From NCBI GenBank assembly GCA_965649825.1, contig OZ287704.1, forward strand, positions 728,301 through 792,300: a stretch of 64,000 bases of DNA, given 5' to 3'. Position 1 is the stretch's first letter, and every line of letters begins with the position of its first letter. This document shows, piece by piece, positions 12,989 to 27,530 of this stretch. Both the position numbers and the translations under genes were made by a program. This DNA comes from Penicillus capitatus (lineage: Eukaryota; Plantae; Chlorophyta). The notes beneath the pieces were generated by a model. The model was not told the origin of the DNA, ran no database searches, and saw only the letters and a program-made list of their open reading frames with translations.

Positions 12989-13219
12989 TTCGGAAGGCGA
13001 TTGATTCGGTTTTTGACCTTTTTTGCTAAGACGGAGAAAATGTGTTCGAGACCAAACCACTCAATCATTTGTTGTGTTTAAACAAACAAGTGTGCCGTCA
13101 TTCTCATATATTTGCCGGGCGGTGTGCCAAGCAAATCATTCGGCGTTTTCTGCTGCCCCTTCCAGAACAGACTTGAAGAAATGAAGAACCGTGCAAGGAT
13201 GGGTGGAACAGATTGCTCT

Positions 13220-16200
13220 CTACACCTGAGGACGCGTCTGGACAACGGTAATGCTGCCGTCTTTGCTGACAACGCCCTCCACGTCCTGTGCTGATCCAAG
13301 GGCTTGCTCAATAGCGTATCCCACTTGACAGATCTTAGACAAGAGGTCGTTTCGAAATCGCCCGTCCTTGATCAGCCGATCGCCCACATAGTCCACCTTC
13401 CGCATCTCAGTGGTATCCATAGTAATGGATTCGTAGAGACCGGCTCCGGCATACCCTTCCAAATCCTCGCCGTTGGAATCCGATCGAAAAATGAGCGACT
13501 CTGTGACGAACATTCCGGCACTCTTGGAGGGGTAGAGGAGAACTTGGGGGCGATCCAGTTTGGCTTTGTTGGCCACAAAAGCCATCGAACTCCCAGGGAC
13601 CATTCCAGACACGAGCGACTCGCCCAGTCCCTTTACCAGCTCACAGTAAATCTCATCCTCCTTGCCGTTCGATGGATTCTTGGTGTGAATGACGAAAGCA
13701 TACTCTGCAGGAATGACCCTCTGAACGAGAACGGCCATTCTCAGGTCTTCGATTCTGAGACCCACTTTACGCATGGAGAAAAAAGCACGGTCATTGTACT
13801 TCGACGCCCACACTCCTTTCAGCGCCTCCACCGCCATCTGCCAACGCTCTTTAGATTCCGGGACTGGAATATTGGCATGCTGCATCAGCTGCTTGAGTTC
13901 AGACTCCAGCTCTTTAGGAATCTTCACTTGCATAACGAGCTTACGGCACTGATCCAGGATCACGGGCGGTCGATTTTCGACCTCTTTCAACTTGCTCTCG
14001 AGCTCTTTCTTAACCTCTTTGTTCGCTTTCAGACCCAAGACGTGTTCAAAGGTCCCGAAGGGAAGTGTAATAGAGGACGGCAGTTGGACCCAGTCTGGGA
14101 TCTTCTCACGCAGTCCAGCGATGTTACGAGATTTGGCACCGACGACTCCTTCGGCAAATTCGTCCATTCCCACAACGAATTTGCCTATCCATTTGGGCAC
14201 AGACATCTTCAGCCATCTCCTGGCAGTGCCCTCCGTGCCCTGATGCTCTTCCATGTCCATCTCCGTTTCGGAGACTTCCTCCCAACGAACCTCTCCCGAA
14301 GCAGCTGGATTGATGCGCAGAACCTTTCCTTGGCGTTTTTGGATCTCTTCCAAATGCCAACTGTCATGGCAGGCGGCGAAGAGCACATTCATGTTTCTGG
14401 CACGGACACTGACATGTGACAATACATCTGGAGCATCTGGTGTCAACAATGCCACGACTCCTTCGGGAATCTCTTCCTCCCCGCTCACACGTTTGGCCAC
14501 CATTACCGTCGGCTCCTTGTACACTTCATTTTGAAATTCGTGCAGATCTGGTACCACTAGGACACGTCCAATGGCAGTCACTGGACTGATGATCTGTGGA
14601 AAGGCAGTCGCAGATGAGGAGTCCGGTATGGAATGTGTAAAGGACGCACTTGCCAGGAACCCAGATTTGCTGCTGCTCGGAAGGCGCCTTCGACGTTTCC
14701 GAGCACCATGCTCAACGCAAATGCCGGTCCGCCACGAATAACCTCTTCCGCAAACAGCTGCACCGCCCAGTCCTCACAGCCAAATGCCGTTCCCATGAAA
14801 GCGGACGGGGAGCCAATCCGATCGAAGACGCGGTCCGACATTTCGGCCAAAGCTCTGCGGAGGCGATCGAGCACAGCTACCCCCTGTAATGCCTCTTCCT
14901 GATTGGGATATCCGTTCTTGATGGAATCGGGCAGTCCCTGCCATGACATCAGACAGAAACAGAGCTCTTCGTTGTCTCCAGCCGAAAGACAGAGATTCTG
15001 AAGCAGAGGCGTGATCAGTCCTGCTGCGGCCAAACCTGCCAATACACCACATCGAGGACATACAGAACATACAGTGGGTCATACCTGAAATACCGGCCCC
15101 ACGTTCTGCCGCTTTGCGAATTTGCTCTTCTAGTGCCAAATCTAGGTACATGAGATCTCTGTTTCCTGGAACGTGGTCGCGAATCTCCATGCGTGCTTCG
15201 ACGGCCGCTTCGAGATATGGCAGAATCTGAGGATCGTTCATGTGAGCCTGCACATACCTACATCAGTCACATCACACATTTATATGCAGATCACAGAGGT
15301 CGACTGAGAACCCGACGTAAGCCTTGGCGTTTCCAGGAAGCTTGTTCTGTACAGCTTGGACAGAAGCTTGAAAATCTGCTCCCGAATGCACGCTCTTCAA
15401 AATACCCAGATAGTTATACATGTCACGGATGAGACCATCCTTCTTGTCTGCATAGTATTGAGGATCTCCCACAACTGGCCGATCGTATCCCTCAACACGC
15501 TCACGTGTGATACCTACCATGACACCGTTAAAAGCGAAAGGGCCAGTGAGAGAGGACCTGAATCCGAGAGATGTCTCCAGTAGACGTCAGGATTGCCGCC
15601 GCTCTCCATGAACTTGATATAGGCCTCGCAGATTGGCACATCGTCAGGCGTGGTGTTGTTGTGCAGTTTCTGATGCCAGGCCTCGAGCCATTCTCCCTGT
15701 ATAGGAAAACTGAATCTGAAGCAGCTTTTGCATCGGCGTGTCTCTTACTCGCACTTCTTTGACTTTGTTACGGTGCATGATGTGAAGGATCTCGTCCCGG
15801 ATGCGTTGGCCATCCCCTCCTCGTCCGACAGTTGCCAGCATCGCCCGTATCCATTCCTGAGGTTCGCCCACTGTCTGTTTGTGTCCCTCTACATCACTAG
15901 ACCTCGTAAGGGAGTTCCATAAAATCACAGAGAAGCGTACGTGTAATGGACTGTGTGAGTCGATCCTGTGCATGGGCCAATTCTCGAGGCTTCGTGTTGT
16001 AGTTTCTCTGCCATGTCAACTGTCTCGTGGCACTGTAGCGCAGCCAGATGTACAACCGGGCTGCTCCATCAGCCAAACTGATATCTGAGTAATTGCCACC
16101 GACCAACTAAGACCAACACTTCACTCATACGAGGGACAAGACTTCAACAGAACACACGAACATTGTCCAGCATATCGGCAACGGTATGGAAACGATGCAT

Positions 16201-18211
16201 CAGAGTCCAGCCACTCTTGTTCACTTCCAGATCCACAATGTTCTGTGTCATTGTATCTTTGAATTCATCCACTTTCGGCATGATTGCTTTACTCCCCTTC
16301 GCCCCTAGAAACAAGGTCACACGATTACGATGTGTGTGATGAAACAGAAAAAGTGTGACCTGGTAGTGGGACGACGAAATTGCCGTGCCCATCTTTGTAC
16401 CATCTCGATCGATCCGCACTTCGCAAAACGAACAACACATTCGAGACGCCTGCATCCCATGGAACAATCAGTTTGGCTCTCTGAAGCGGAACGCGAGATC
16501 CGATCAGTTCAACATCGCACTCTTCTTCTTGACAATCTCCAAAAATTGTCTCTGCTGCTCTCTTGTCCTCCGTTACCTCTGTCAGGTGAGGCGGAAGAAG
16601 CTCTGCAGGAGGTGCATTCCAATCGCGTCCTTTTCCTGTCTTTGACACGCCCCAGTGCAATACGAAGGGAAATGCAGCATCTGTGGTGACGCTGACCGTG
16701 TAAGGCCCTTGCTCTTCGGATTGACTTACAGAAACGAACAGCTCCACATGCGAGCCAAGATTGTAAAGCCTTCTCCATTTAGTATTGGGATCGACTGCTG
16801 CATTCTGTACGATGTAGTCCATGGGCTTCTCTTTCGCTGTCTTCTTTTCTTCTGACAGCAATGGCACTTCAGAAGGCTTGATCAAGGCACGGACATCCAG
16901 ATCTTTGAGTCCTCTGGATGCACCCAACTCGACATCTTTAGGCGCTGCCGGAGGAGGACTGGGAGGCGGCTCCTCTCTCACTGCTGCTGCTGGTGGTGGT
17001 GGCTGCTTCTCTTTTTTCACTTCCGGCGGAGGGGGAGGAGGAGGAGCTGGTGGGGTTTCGACGACAGCGACAGGTGATGAAGGTTCGTCGAGTCGCTGTT
17101 GTTTTCGGAAATCTCGAAAATCCACTTCACCTCGACCAACCTTCCAAAGCTCGTTGAGACTTATGCCACTGTAGAGAAGATTCTTGATCTCTTTGATCCC
17201 GATCTGGTACTCTGCCGCTGCATCTACCTAAGCTCACAATCCCTGTCACATCACACAGCGATCCAGATCTCCCCCTACCTCTGAGCGATTGGGACATCCA
17301 GACACCTCCCACTTGAGATAAGCCCAAATGTCACACAATTTCTAAAGCCACACCGTGAGAAACATCGACGGCGACAGCGAGAGCGATCGTACGGAAGGGA
17401 TGTCGGGAATGGTCGTCACTTTCTCTTTTGTTGGCTTTAGTCCCATTGCAAAATTGCTTCCATTGTTATCGGACCATCGTCCACTCGCGTTATCTTTCAG
17501 CACAAAATTCAACACGTCAGACACTTCGTCTCCCCTCAGTTGAATATTTACAATCCCGCCTTCTGCTTCTCTCCTATCATGTGCATCCCATGTATCCATG
17601 ACAACCACCACACAACGATCGATGACGCCTTACTTAAACTGCGTTTGGAGGGCGCGGTTTTTGTATTGAACGGTGCCGTCAGGTCGACTTGCTTTTCCGG
17701 GCAGCCGCCATCCACCCTTGTAGTTCTTCCCGCCCTCCAATCCCCAATGCAGAATGAGATTGGGACTGGGGTAGTTGGTCTTCAGGTGAATGTCTTGCTC
17801 TTCATCTGATGCATGTACCACCACCTAGCCTCTTATAGAGTGAGATCTCGTATACAAAATTAAAACGCGTCATACTTTGATGTATTCGCCAGTGGGGAGA
17901 TGAAAATTCTTCTCCAAGACGGAACGCGTTGCCGTCGTCGACACAGCCAGTGGCACAAAGGACCGTTCTCGCGGATGTTCCCTCACTGGTAGACCGCGGT
18001 ATCCCCCGGGCAACGGCATTCCGATGAATCCCGTCATCCGACGGCGCAGCAAACGACATCGTCTGTTGGCATGACACGTCACCGTTCGTCTCAGATCTCT
18101 CGGGGCAACGCACGTGGTACATGGCAACGTCCAGAACGTTGGCCGTGTGCACAGCGTCCAAGACGGCTTTCCCACAGGAGACGTCTTCAGACGAAAGGTC
18201 GGACAGGACAT
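13220..18211 (-). CDS. GWD1: Alpha-glucan water dikinase 1 (GWD1/R1)
   Basis: CBM45-like LILHWG and FVLHWG modules, WLRYSATRQLTWQRNYNTKPREL, WHQKLHNNTTPDD, phosphohistidine DVLSHVSVRARN, and a PPDK-type C-terminus ending VVQTRPQV. About 11 GT-AG introns. The start could be a downstream ATG. Confidence 0.92.
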
Positions 18212-18250
18212 CGTTCCTTAGCCAAAATGAAAACGACCCGACGTTCCTCT

Positions 18251-18274
18251 GTTCGTTCGTTCGTTCGTTTGTTC
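18251..18274 (+). repeat. (TTCG)n microsatellite in the GWD1 / choline kinase divergent spacer
   Basis: gttcgttcgttcgttcgtttgttc, ending 14 nt before ATG 18289. Confidence 0.9.
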
Positions 18275-18288
18275 CTCTTGTGAATTCA

Positions 18289-19556
<1,268 letters not shown>

Positions 19557-19589
19557 ATTGATCATACACACAGTTATTCGGGATGAAAG

Positions 19590-20957
19590 ATGAATGTTGT
19601 TGTGATCGACAACGGCGGTGGTTTTGTGCGACTCGGTGTAGCAGGGGAGGAACGCCCACGGGTCGTGTGCCCTAATCTTTCGTTCAAGGCCAAAGGCGAG
19701 ACGCGCATGACGACAGGAGACGCGCTGCTGACACGAGACGATATTCTGTCGCTGACGATTCGGCGGCCATACGATAAGGGATACCTCGTGAACTCGGAGC
19801 TGCAAAGGGAGCTCTGGGCAAAGCTCTTCAAAGCACATCTCGATATTCCACCCACTCAGTGCGGCTTGATCTTGACACAGCCGCTGTTCAATTTCGATTC
19901 CTGTCATGCCGAAATGCTAAAAGTGTGAGATTCTCGCTGCAAAAAAGAGAGAGATTGATGTGACAGTTGGTGTTCGATGTCTTCGGCTTTGCATCGGTGG
20001 TCATGAAAAGCGCTGCAGAGTTGTCTCTGTTACATGCCTTATCTCTGGACGCCACCTCCCTGAGCAGCTCTGCTCAGACTGGAGTGGTGGTGGATGCTGG
20101 ATTCTCTTTCTGTCACATCGTCCCCATCTGTCGTGGATCCGTCGTCGCTCAAGCTGTCCGGCGTATCGACTTCGGTGGAAAGGCCATGACAAACTACTTT
20201 AAAGAACTCATCTCTTTCAGATCTCTTCACCTCATGGAAGAGACGTATCTGACGGAGATGATCAAAGACACACTCTGCTTTGTATCGCAAGATGTCCGAT
20301 CGGATCTGCAAGTAAACGATGCTTGCCGAAATGGAGAGGATGTGACGGCTGAAGGTGGAATTAGATGTCTAAGAAGAAGGGATGGGAATCTCCGTTTTAT
20401 AGAGAATTCGTGTTGCCAGATGGAGTGACCAATCTACGCGGGTTTGTGCGAGAGGCAGCGAAGGCGGAAGAGGGAGAGATGGTCAACGCATCGAAGAGCA
20501 AGGAACAAGTGTTGGCAGTTAATTCAGAGCGTTTTATGGTTCCAGAAGTTCTGTTTCATCCCACCGACATCGGACTCCAGCAGAGTGGTTTGGCAGAGAC
20601 CATCGCGAACGTACAAACATCTTCTCAAAACACGGCACTGCTGTGTATGTATGTATGTGTGGACGGTTATGTCTTCTCGTCTAGGCTGTGGAATCTGTGC
20701 CTTCTATCTTTCATGCACTGCTCTTCTCGAATGTGCTGTTGACCGGTGGCGTTGCCTGTTGCCCTGGATTCGTAGAGAGGCTCAGAATGGAACTGCGCCC
20801 GTTAGTGAATGATCTCTTTGATCTCAATGTTATCGCTGTCGATCATCCAGATACCTTTGCCTGGGAGGGTGGATCAAAACTTGGCGACTCCTGTTCATAC
20901 CACGCACTTTGCTTCACAAAGAAAGACTACCAGCACCACAAACAGCAAACGAAATAG
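19590..20957 (+). CDS. ARP6: Actin-related protein 6
   Basis: MNVVVIDNGG, GVVVDAGFSFCHIVP, RRIDFGGKAMTNYFKELISFRSL, REFVLPDG, ERFMVPEVLFHPTDIG, LTGG. Three introns. Confidence 0.88.
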
Positions 20958-21047
20958 AGCGAGCACTCTTTCTCTGTACAGAATCTCGAAGTCTTGTAAA
21001 TGAACGGCGTCAAGATGTCAGTCAAACCAGAGAATCAAACGTTTGTG

Positions 21048-21950
21048 TTAATTGTTGCCTTTCATCGATACGATGGTCCTTGTTTCGGGGGCCAGTCTCT
21101 GTGTGTGTGCGGCTCTTAATTTCGTCCCATTGGACGCTGTATGTCCCTCATCTTCCTCTGAAGACTTGGTGTTTTCTGTCTTGATCATCTCTTTCTCGTG
21201 CTCTTCTTGGGATGTGTGATCGTCATCATCCTTCTCCTCTGTTGGTCTCTCTTCTATCGTCGGCAGCTCTTTGGCGGCCGTTTCTGGTGATTCAGACGGT
21301 CCTTCGAGCTCTGCCATGATCTCTGCTTCTAAGGCATCGATGTCCAGTTGCATGCGCTTGGCACTCTTCTTTTTCACGGCCCCCCTCTTGACAGCTGCAT
21401 TTTCTGTCTCTTCCAAATCTTCACCCCTCCGCTTGCGATCGGTCGGTTTGTCCGCTACCGCCTCCTCCTCCTCAAATTTCGCATACTGTACGATTGAGTG
21501 GCTTCTAGAGTGAGATAGACAGGAAAGCGAACATACGTACTTGATAGTTATTGGCAAGTAAACAATGCTGTTCGTGAGGCAGAGAGAGTCCCTGATGCGG
21601 CTCAATGCTCGGAAATTGCTTTTGATTGACACACGAGGCAAATTTGTAAATATCCTTCCTTACACAGCATCCGACCGTTCCACTCCTCTGTGCCTCGTCT
21701 GAGTCATGGGCTAGGGTGGAACCTGTCGTTGTATCCTGCTCTTTGTGAAGGAGCAGAGGTCATAGGCCAAATGAATGTGCTCTGGAGTCACTCCTTCATT
21801 CCCTGTTGTCAAATCCTGTAGCCAATCACTCTTTTCTCTCCGCAGACAGGTCTGAAATCGTCACACATGTGCATCGCTTCTGAGATTCGTGATAAAACTA
21901 TGGCTGAAATGCGCCAATTGATACGTCACATCAGGGGCAGCGCTGACACC
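21048..21950 (-). CDS. TAF9: TFIID subunit TAF9 with long acidic C-terminal extension (5' end unresolved)
   Basis: Spliced exons give GVSAAPDVTYQLAHFSHSFITNLRSDAH / HIHLAYD / KFASCVNQKQFPSIEPHQGLSLPHEQHCLLANNYQ, matching the TAF9 histone fold and its G-x-x-LP..LL..NYQ tail. No clean start codon was found. Confidence 0.65.
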
Positions 21951-22132
21951 CTAGAAACCCAGACAGTCCACCATCGTTCAGACCCCTTCATGGACTGCAT
22001 CTCGAGCGGCGACAGGCACAGAAGACGGAGCTCAGCTCTGCGGGTTTCGCTAACGAAGGCACAGAGAAAAAGAAAAGCATCCCCCGTCCCGTCGCTCTTT
22101 ACTTGCTCTTGAAGCAGTTCCGCAATAAAGCA

Positions 22133-24287
22133 ATGAAAATCGGATTGGCAATTCGTTTTTGGCATGGTTCGAAAAACAGAAAAGCGCCCACTCAGCAAAC
22201 GAAAAGAATCTTTGCAAAATGCAAAAGACTCTGGCAAACGGTCGGAATGGATCGAGTCAGCAACAGTACGACAGGGCGATCTTACTGTCGTGTCTCCTTC
22301 GCCTTCATGTACCGACGACGCATGATGACATACTTTCTCACTCACACCTGTCGATCGCTGCACCGACAATGTACACGTCAGCTTTGCGCCCAGACAATCG
22401 CACTCTGTCCGACTCCTACATCCGATACGCCAAATGATAAGGCGCCTCCAGTGGACGCGTTGACATCGAGTAAAAGGAAAGGCGCCATTGGCGAAGCCGT
22501 CTTTCTTCCGAAGAAGCACCCTGGTGAACAGCCGTTTGTATCTTCGGAGATTATGGTTCTGGTCCATCTGCTGCTGGATGTGGATCTTCGACATGAGGCA
22601 CAGCTCAAGAGACTCATCGCGAAATATGGCTTTGCAGAGACGATAAAAAGGCTCCATAGACTGAAGCGCCTCCTGGGAGAAGCGCAACGGAACCTGGACG
22701 ATGTCTTCGTGCGATGTCTTCGGACAGTGTTGCCCTGTCGCGATGTCTATCATCTGGCGCACTGGTTTCGTGCTGTCTCTGCGCGTCTAGGCCCTGCAGA
22801 AACGGCCAAGATATTGATCCAGGATCATCGAAAACTGTTCGAGATGGGAGAGCAAATCTTTATCAAGAAGAAGTTTGCGACCGCGTGGGGATTGAAAGAA
22901 GATTTCGAACCGCATCGGTCGTTTGTTCGTGGATATTTTTCGGGTTCACGAAGCACTAGGATAAAAATCTATCGACTCAAAAGTCTCCTACCGAATTGGT
23001 GTCTGAAGGCACTGGCAGAGAAAGCAGATGTCACGTGGTCAGCGTTCAACGAGATAAAGATACGTTCCGTCCTCAGAGCAATAGGAAATGGATTAAAGAC
23101 CGTTATGTCGGAAAGCATGGTTAAGGACGTCACTTTTTTGTGCCTGTCTCAATCCCCCGATATCCTTCATTTTGCACCAAGGGAAATCTCTGAGAGGTAC
23201 GACTCCTTTTTGGCATAGATTTTCGATGTTTCTCGCACGCTATAGGATGGCATCGGCCAGCCAGTGTATGGGAGAACAAGCAGGCGATTGGATTATTAAT
23301 CGTCCGAGTAACATTGTGAAACTCGTTAGGACGGATGATCTGGCAGGACGGATTCATCGAACAAGAGCATGGCTTTATGCAGCGCTGCCCGATGCAGATC
23401 CAATTGCAGTAGAATCTCATCTAACGAATCTTGATTTTCTAACACGGCGTGACTTCGATATCATGATGCGTCGCATGGAATACGTTGCCCTCACAGGCTT
23501 CAACTGCGAAACCAGCTTTGCCCCTTCCCTCTGGGCGAACAAAGCCCATTTTGAACAGTTCTATCCCGGCTTTTCCAAATGGTTCGTCCTTCTGGAATCC
23601 ATACGGAGGTGAAGGAATGGAGTGCGTTGTAGGGTTTCTGTGATCTACGGAACAGAACAGGACGATGATTATGTTCAGAAATGGAAGAGTTATCTTCAGG
23701 AAATGTTAAACAGGATCCAGATAAGGAAGTTCGTTTGCGATTTTCCCGTCTTTTCATCTGCTGCTGCGAAGTATCCATCTTCGCTTATGCTGAGCAGGCT
23801 GCCCTTTTTGAAGAAGTTTTTTGGCGCACATCTATTGAAAGAGATGAAAGTTGAATTAAGGGCCGACAGAATCACACGCATCACATCTGAAGAGCTGATA
23901 CGAGTTTTTTACGTCTTGCGACAGGCTGGAGGTGCAACGAAAGAAGACGATCTCAAACGAATAATGTTGTTCTGGCCACAGATCCTGACAGATAAGGATC
24001 AACTGAACAATCTTCTACGCAACTTGAGACTCTATACTTCCATCTTTCCCAAAAGAAAGGCAGTTGGAGAAGAAAGTCGACACTTTTGGACGAAAGATTC
24101 CAAAAAGCAACTGTCGAGATATCTCTTTGCGGAGGCCAGAGGAAAAAAGATCACACCAAGACTGCTATCTGTGGGCACAGACCAGGATTTCTGTGAGACA
24201 TTGGGATGCACATTCGAAGATTTCTGCGCGTTCCGAAATGTAGCAGCGAGGACGAATGACAAACAGAGAGTTAAATCTTCTAAATGA
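22133..24287 (+). CDS. mTERF-like organellar helical-repeat protein
   Basis: Three long ORFs are joined by two GT-AG introns. Basic, transit-peptide-like N-terminus, repeated LLSxxPxIL-type units, and a C-terminal VGTDQDFCETLGCTFEDFCAF reminiscent of mTERF ends. Confidence 0.55.
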
Positions 24288-24314
24288 TAATAGATAGGAG
24301 GAGACAATGGTTTG

Positions 24315-27300
24315 TTAAGTGGCAAACTGAGACAAGACCTCTCTGAATTTGACCAATCCAGCATCGGCTGGTAGATCAGATTTCACTTGAATCTTTGCTT
24401 CTGATGTCGCCACACGGACAATCAACTCCACCAAATACCAATTCGCGGTATTGCCAACTGGCTGTGCGTAGAAATAGTATCTAGCAGAACATCATGTGTG
24501 TCAAGTGTTATGTGCGTGTGACATAATGGACTTGTAAGAAGAGGTATCGCCGCCGGAGGCCATGGCATGGAAATTCTGACGCTTCATGTATTGGCAGAAA
24601 TCCTGATGGCCGTTCTGAGCCATCGAGCTGACAGCGATCGGAGGCAGCACTTCTACAGCCTGGGCGGCGTTTGTAAAATGCACCCATTTAGACTGGAAGT
24701 CTTGTGGCTTCATGCGAGACGGTGCCTATACCATCATCAAATTCCAAACCAAGTCCATCATTGCTCACTCACCGTCGGATCCAGATCCAGTGTTGGCTGC
24801 GGGGGGGATGCCGTCGATGGAGGCGCTCCTCCTCCAAGAAGATCATCCAGATCTAGCAAGTTGCTCTCCGGAGCCGACATCTCCACCGGTTTTGTCAGTT
24901 CTCCTGACGCTGCAGGAGCAGACAGTGGTGGGTTCGCGCAGTAGAGAGCATCTGCATCTCACCGATCGAGAGTCTCTCAACGTCCGATTCGTTTCTCCTG
25001 AGAAAGCTGCTATCTTTCTCCGGCGCTTCTGACGGCGCCGTCTGTGCCGCTTCGGAGAATCCTTCATCAATGGTGAACAGAGCTGTTTCGCTGTCAATGA
25101 ATGTGGCTGCAGGGCATCTACACAGCAATGCCACGACTCCCATGGTTTGTCGATTTGACACTCCCGACTTGTAGATGACGGAAAACGTATTGAACTCATC
25201 GAAAATCTTGTCTTGGATTTCGGGCGTTAAATCTTCGGAAAAATGTGCGATGACAGGGTGGGTACCGTTGATCACTTTGTTTGCCACGTTCACATCATAC
25301 TTCAGCAACCTAGGGTTTATGCACGGATCGACACATCTCATCATCTACTGCTTCACCTGAAGTAAAGCAAGGCACGGTCATGCACATCTTGGTTGTCGTC
25401 CTGCACACCGGCAGACAGTAATCCTCCCAATAGCAGCTGACTCTCAGGCGGTCTCTTAAAGAAGAGCTTTGCAGCGGCCGAGAGCAGGGCCAAGCGCACA
25501 GAGGGGTCTTCTTTGTCGTAACCCTTGGCAAAATCTTCCAAGATGTATGGAGCTTCCTGTAGGAACAGATCGATGGCATTGAACGCGATGTGACAGCATC
25601 GTCGCCAGACCTGAATTCTTTCTCCATGTTCTCCCAGAATCCATACCAGAGCACAACGAGCATCTGGTCTGTTCAGCTGATTCTGAATGATGGTGCTGAT
25701 GCTGGGAAGGCAGACCTCACACATGTCTGGGTACCTTCTCAACAGATCCTTCATCTGAACCAGAGTCTCAGCAATGATCTCCTGATCTCCATAGTCCAAA
25801 AATCCAATCAGTCGTTCGATAATACCGCTGACATCTGGAACCTAAACCCCAGAGGTGACACGAGAAGATGGGCAGCAGGTATTGCTTCATACAGAAAGGG
25901 CCACTTTTCCCACAGCCTTCACCGCTTCTTGTGCCATGACAGGATTGATATCTCTTACGTACTCTGTCAACTCCGATGCGATTTCGTACGCGTTGGAATT
26001 GTCCACAATCTCTGACAGAATCTGCAGTTTGATTCTCTTGATGTAGAGTGGGTCATCTGAACGGCAATAGAACGTTGTGTATTCCTAACAGACAGCAGCC
26101 CCTCTATCTCTACCCTCCGTCACCAAACGCGTCACACATACCCGTGCAAACATGACTGGAGCACGCTGGGCCAGAAGGAGAATGTGATTCAGAATGGTGT
26201 AGGTCACTCCAGCCTGTTCCCGGGAGATAATGAGACCCAATGGCTCTCGAATGCGATCCAAGACTTGCTGATGTGTCGCAGGCATCATCAGCGTGAGAAA
26301 GAGAAAGACTTTGATGATGGCCACGACGATGGCGCTGTTGGTAGATGTCAGTCGATCTTCAAGGACATTCATGATGTTATAGACCTGTGTGCAACAACCA
26401 CATCCACGCGTATGCCTTTGAGCCAGACGACCTCTTGTTCATTTTCGGGGCTGTAGTGACTCACAATTTCGAGTACTTGACATTGATGCCACTCGGAGAA
26501 CTCCTACAGCAGTCATCTCCTTCGGTCCGTTGGGCGTAGAAAAGATCGTTGGACTTTGAGTTTGGTCAGTAGTTTGTAGACCATGCCTTTGGTCGTCAGT
26601 TTGCTATAGCCTTCGACCTAGACACACAAGATTCCCGCCGTGCCATCTCCTATCGACGCAGTGTCGAAGAGCTTACCACTGTCACAACGTAAAGGCAGTT
26701 TCCTAACACGCCAGCATCTGGTGTGCGTTGCATGAGGCCACGTACATTTTCCACAAGCCCTGGTCAGACAGCTGCACCTCGGTCGTTGAGAGAGTAACAT
26801 CTAGACCTCGATTTTCTGCAACGGATGGTTCGATGTGGTGCACTTTGAGGACACCCATCACTGCTGTGCGCTGAACGTAAGGATGGCGATCGTTCAATCC
26901 TCTCACAATAGGATCCACCTAACGCACATATACATGTGCCTTACATACCACAGATGCAATCCCTCTCTGCATCTCACGGACCACATATTCGAGGAGATTG
27001 GCCACTCTGAGTGAACAGAGACTGCGCAATGCCAGACCGCGGACATTGGGATCCGCATCGTTGCAGTCTTTCTGCAGCTGATTGATCGCCATTAATGCCA
27101 GTTCAGGTTTCTGTTTGGCGTAGGTGCAGATGTAGAGGTACATCATTTTCTTGAGAAGAACGTCGTCTGGACTCAGATTGGCGGCTGAGATGACTTTCGG
27201 CATCAGGGGAGACATATCCATCCCCATTGTCATATAGCCGACCATCTTCTGAAAGACCTGGCGTTTGGATGTGAGTATATCGGTGCGGTTGCGGTCGGAT

Positions 27301-27365
27301 TTCTGTAAAGTACTGAGAACACTCTCGAGCTCTGCGAGCTCGCCGCGAGGACGACTGCCGGGCAT
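24315..27365 (-). CDS. AP4B1: AP-4 complex beta subunit (beta-adaptin-like)
   Basis: KRQVFQKMVGYMTMGMD, LKKMMYLYICTYA, DPNVRGLALRSLCSLRV, FYCRSDDP, VWILGEHG, NQDVHDRALLYFR, plus a C-terminal appendage. About 10 GT-AG introns. Confidence 0.85.
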
Positions 27366-27375
27366 TTCTCTCGCA

Positions 27376-27405
27376 CGAACGAACGAACGAACGAACGAAC
27401 GAACG
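27376..27405 (-). repeat. (TTCG)7 microsatellite just upstream of the AP-4 beta ATG
   Basis: Reads as a cgaa repeat on the + strand and ends about 10 nt before ATG 27365. Confidence 0.95.
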
Positions 27406-27530
27406 GAAAAGACAGGTGACAGGATCGAGCAATTTGCTTTACACACAAAACCGTCTGATGACTTCACCATGTCTACAAAATCACGATCTCCGTACAAAGC
27501 GTGGACTCCCACTGTGTACGGGCCCTCCTG

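Noticed and set aside
13304-14419. 371-aa plus-strand ORF
   Set aside because: Antisense shadow of the last GWD1 exon with no motifs. The same applies to 5711-6508 (A2M) and 21926-22762 (mTERF-like).
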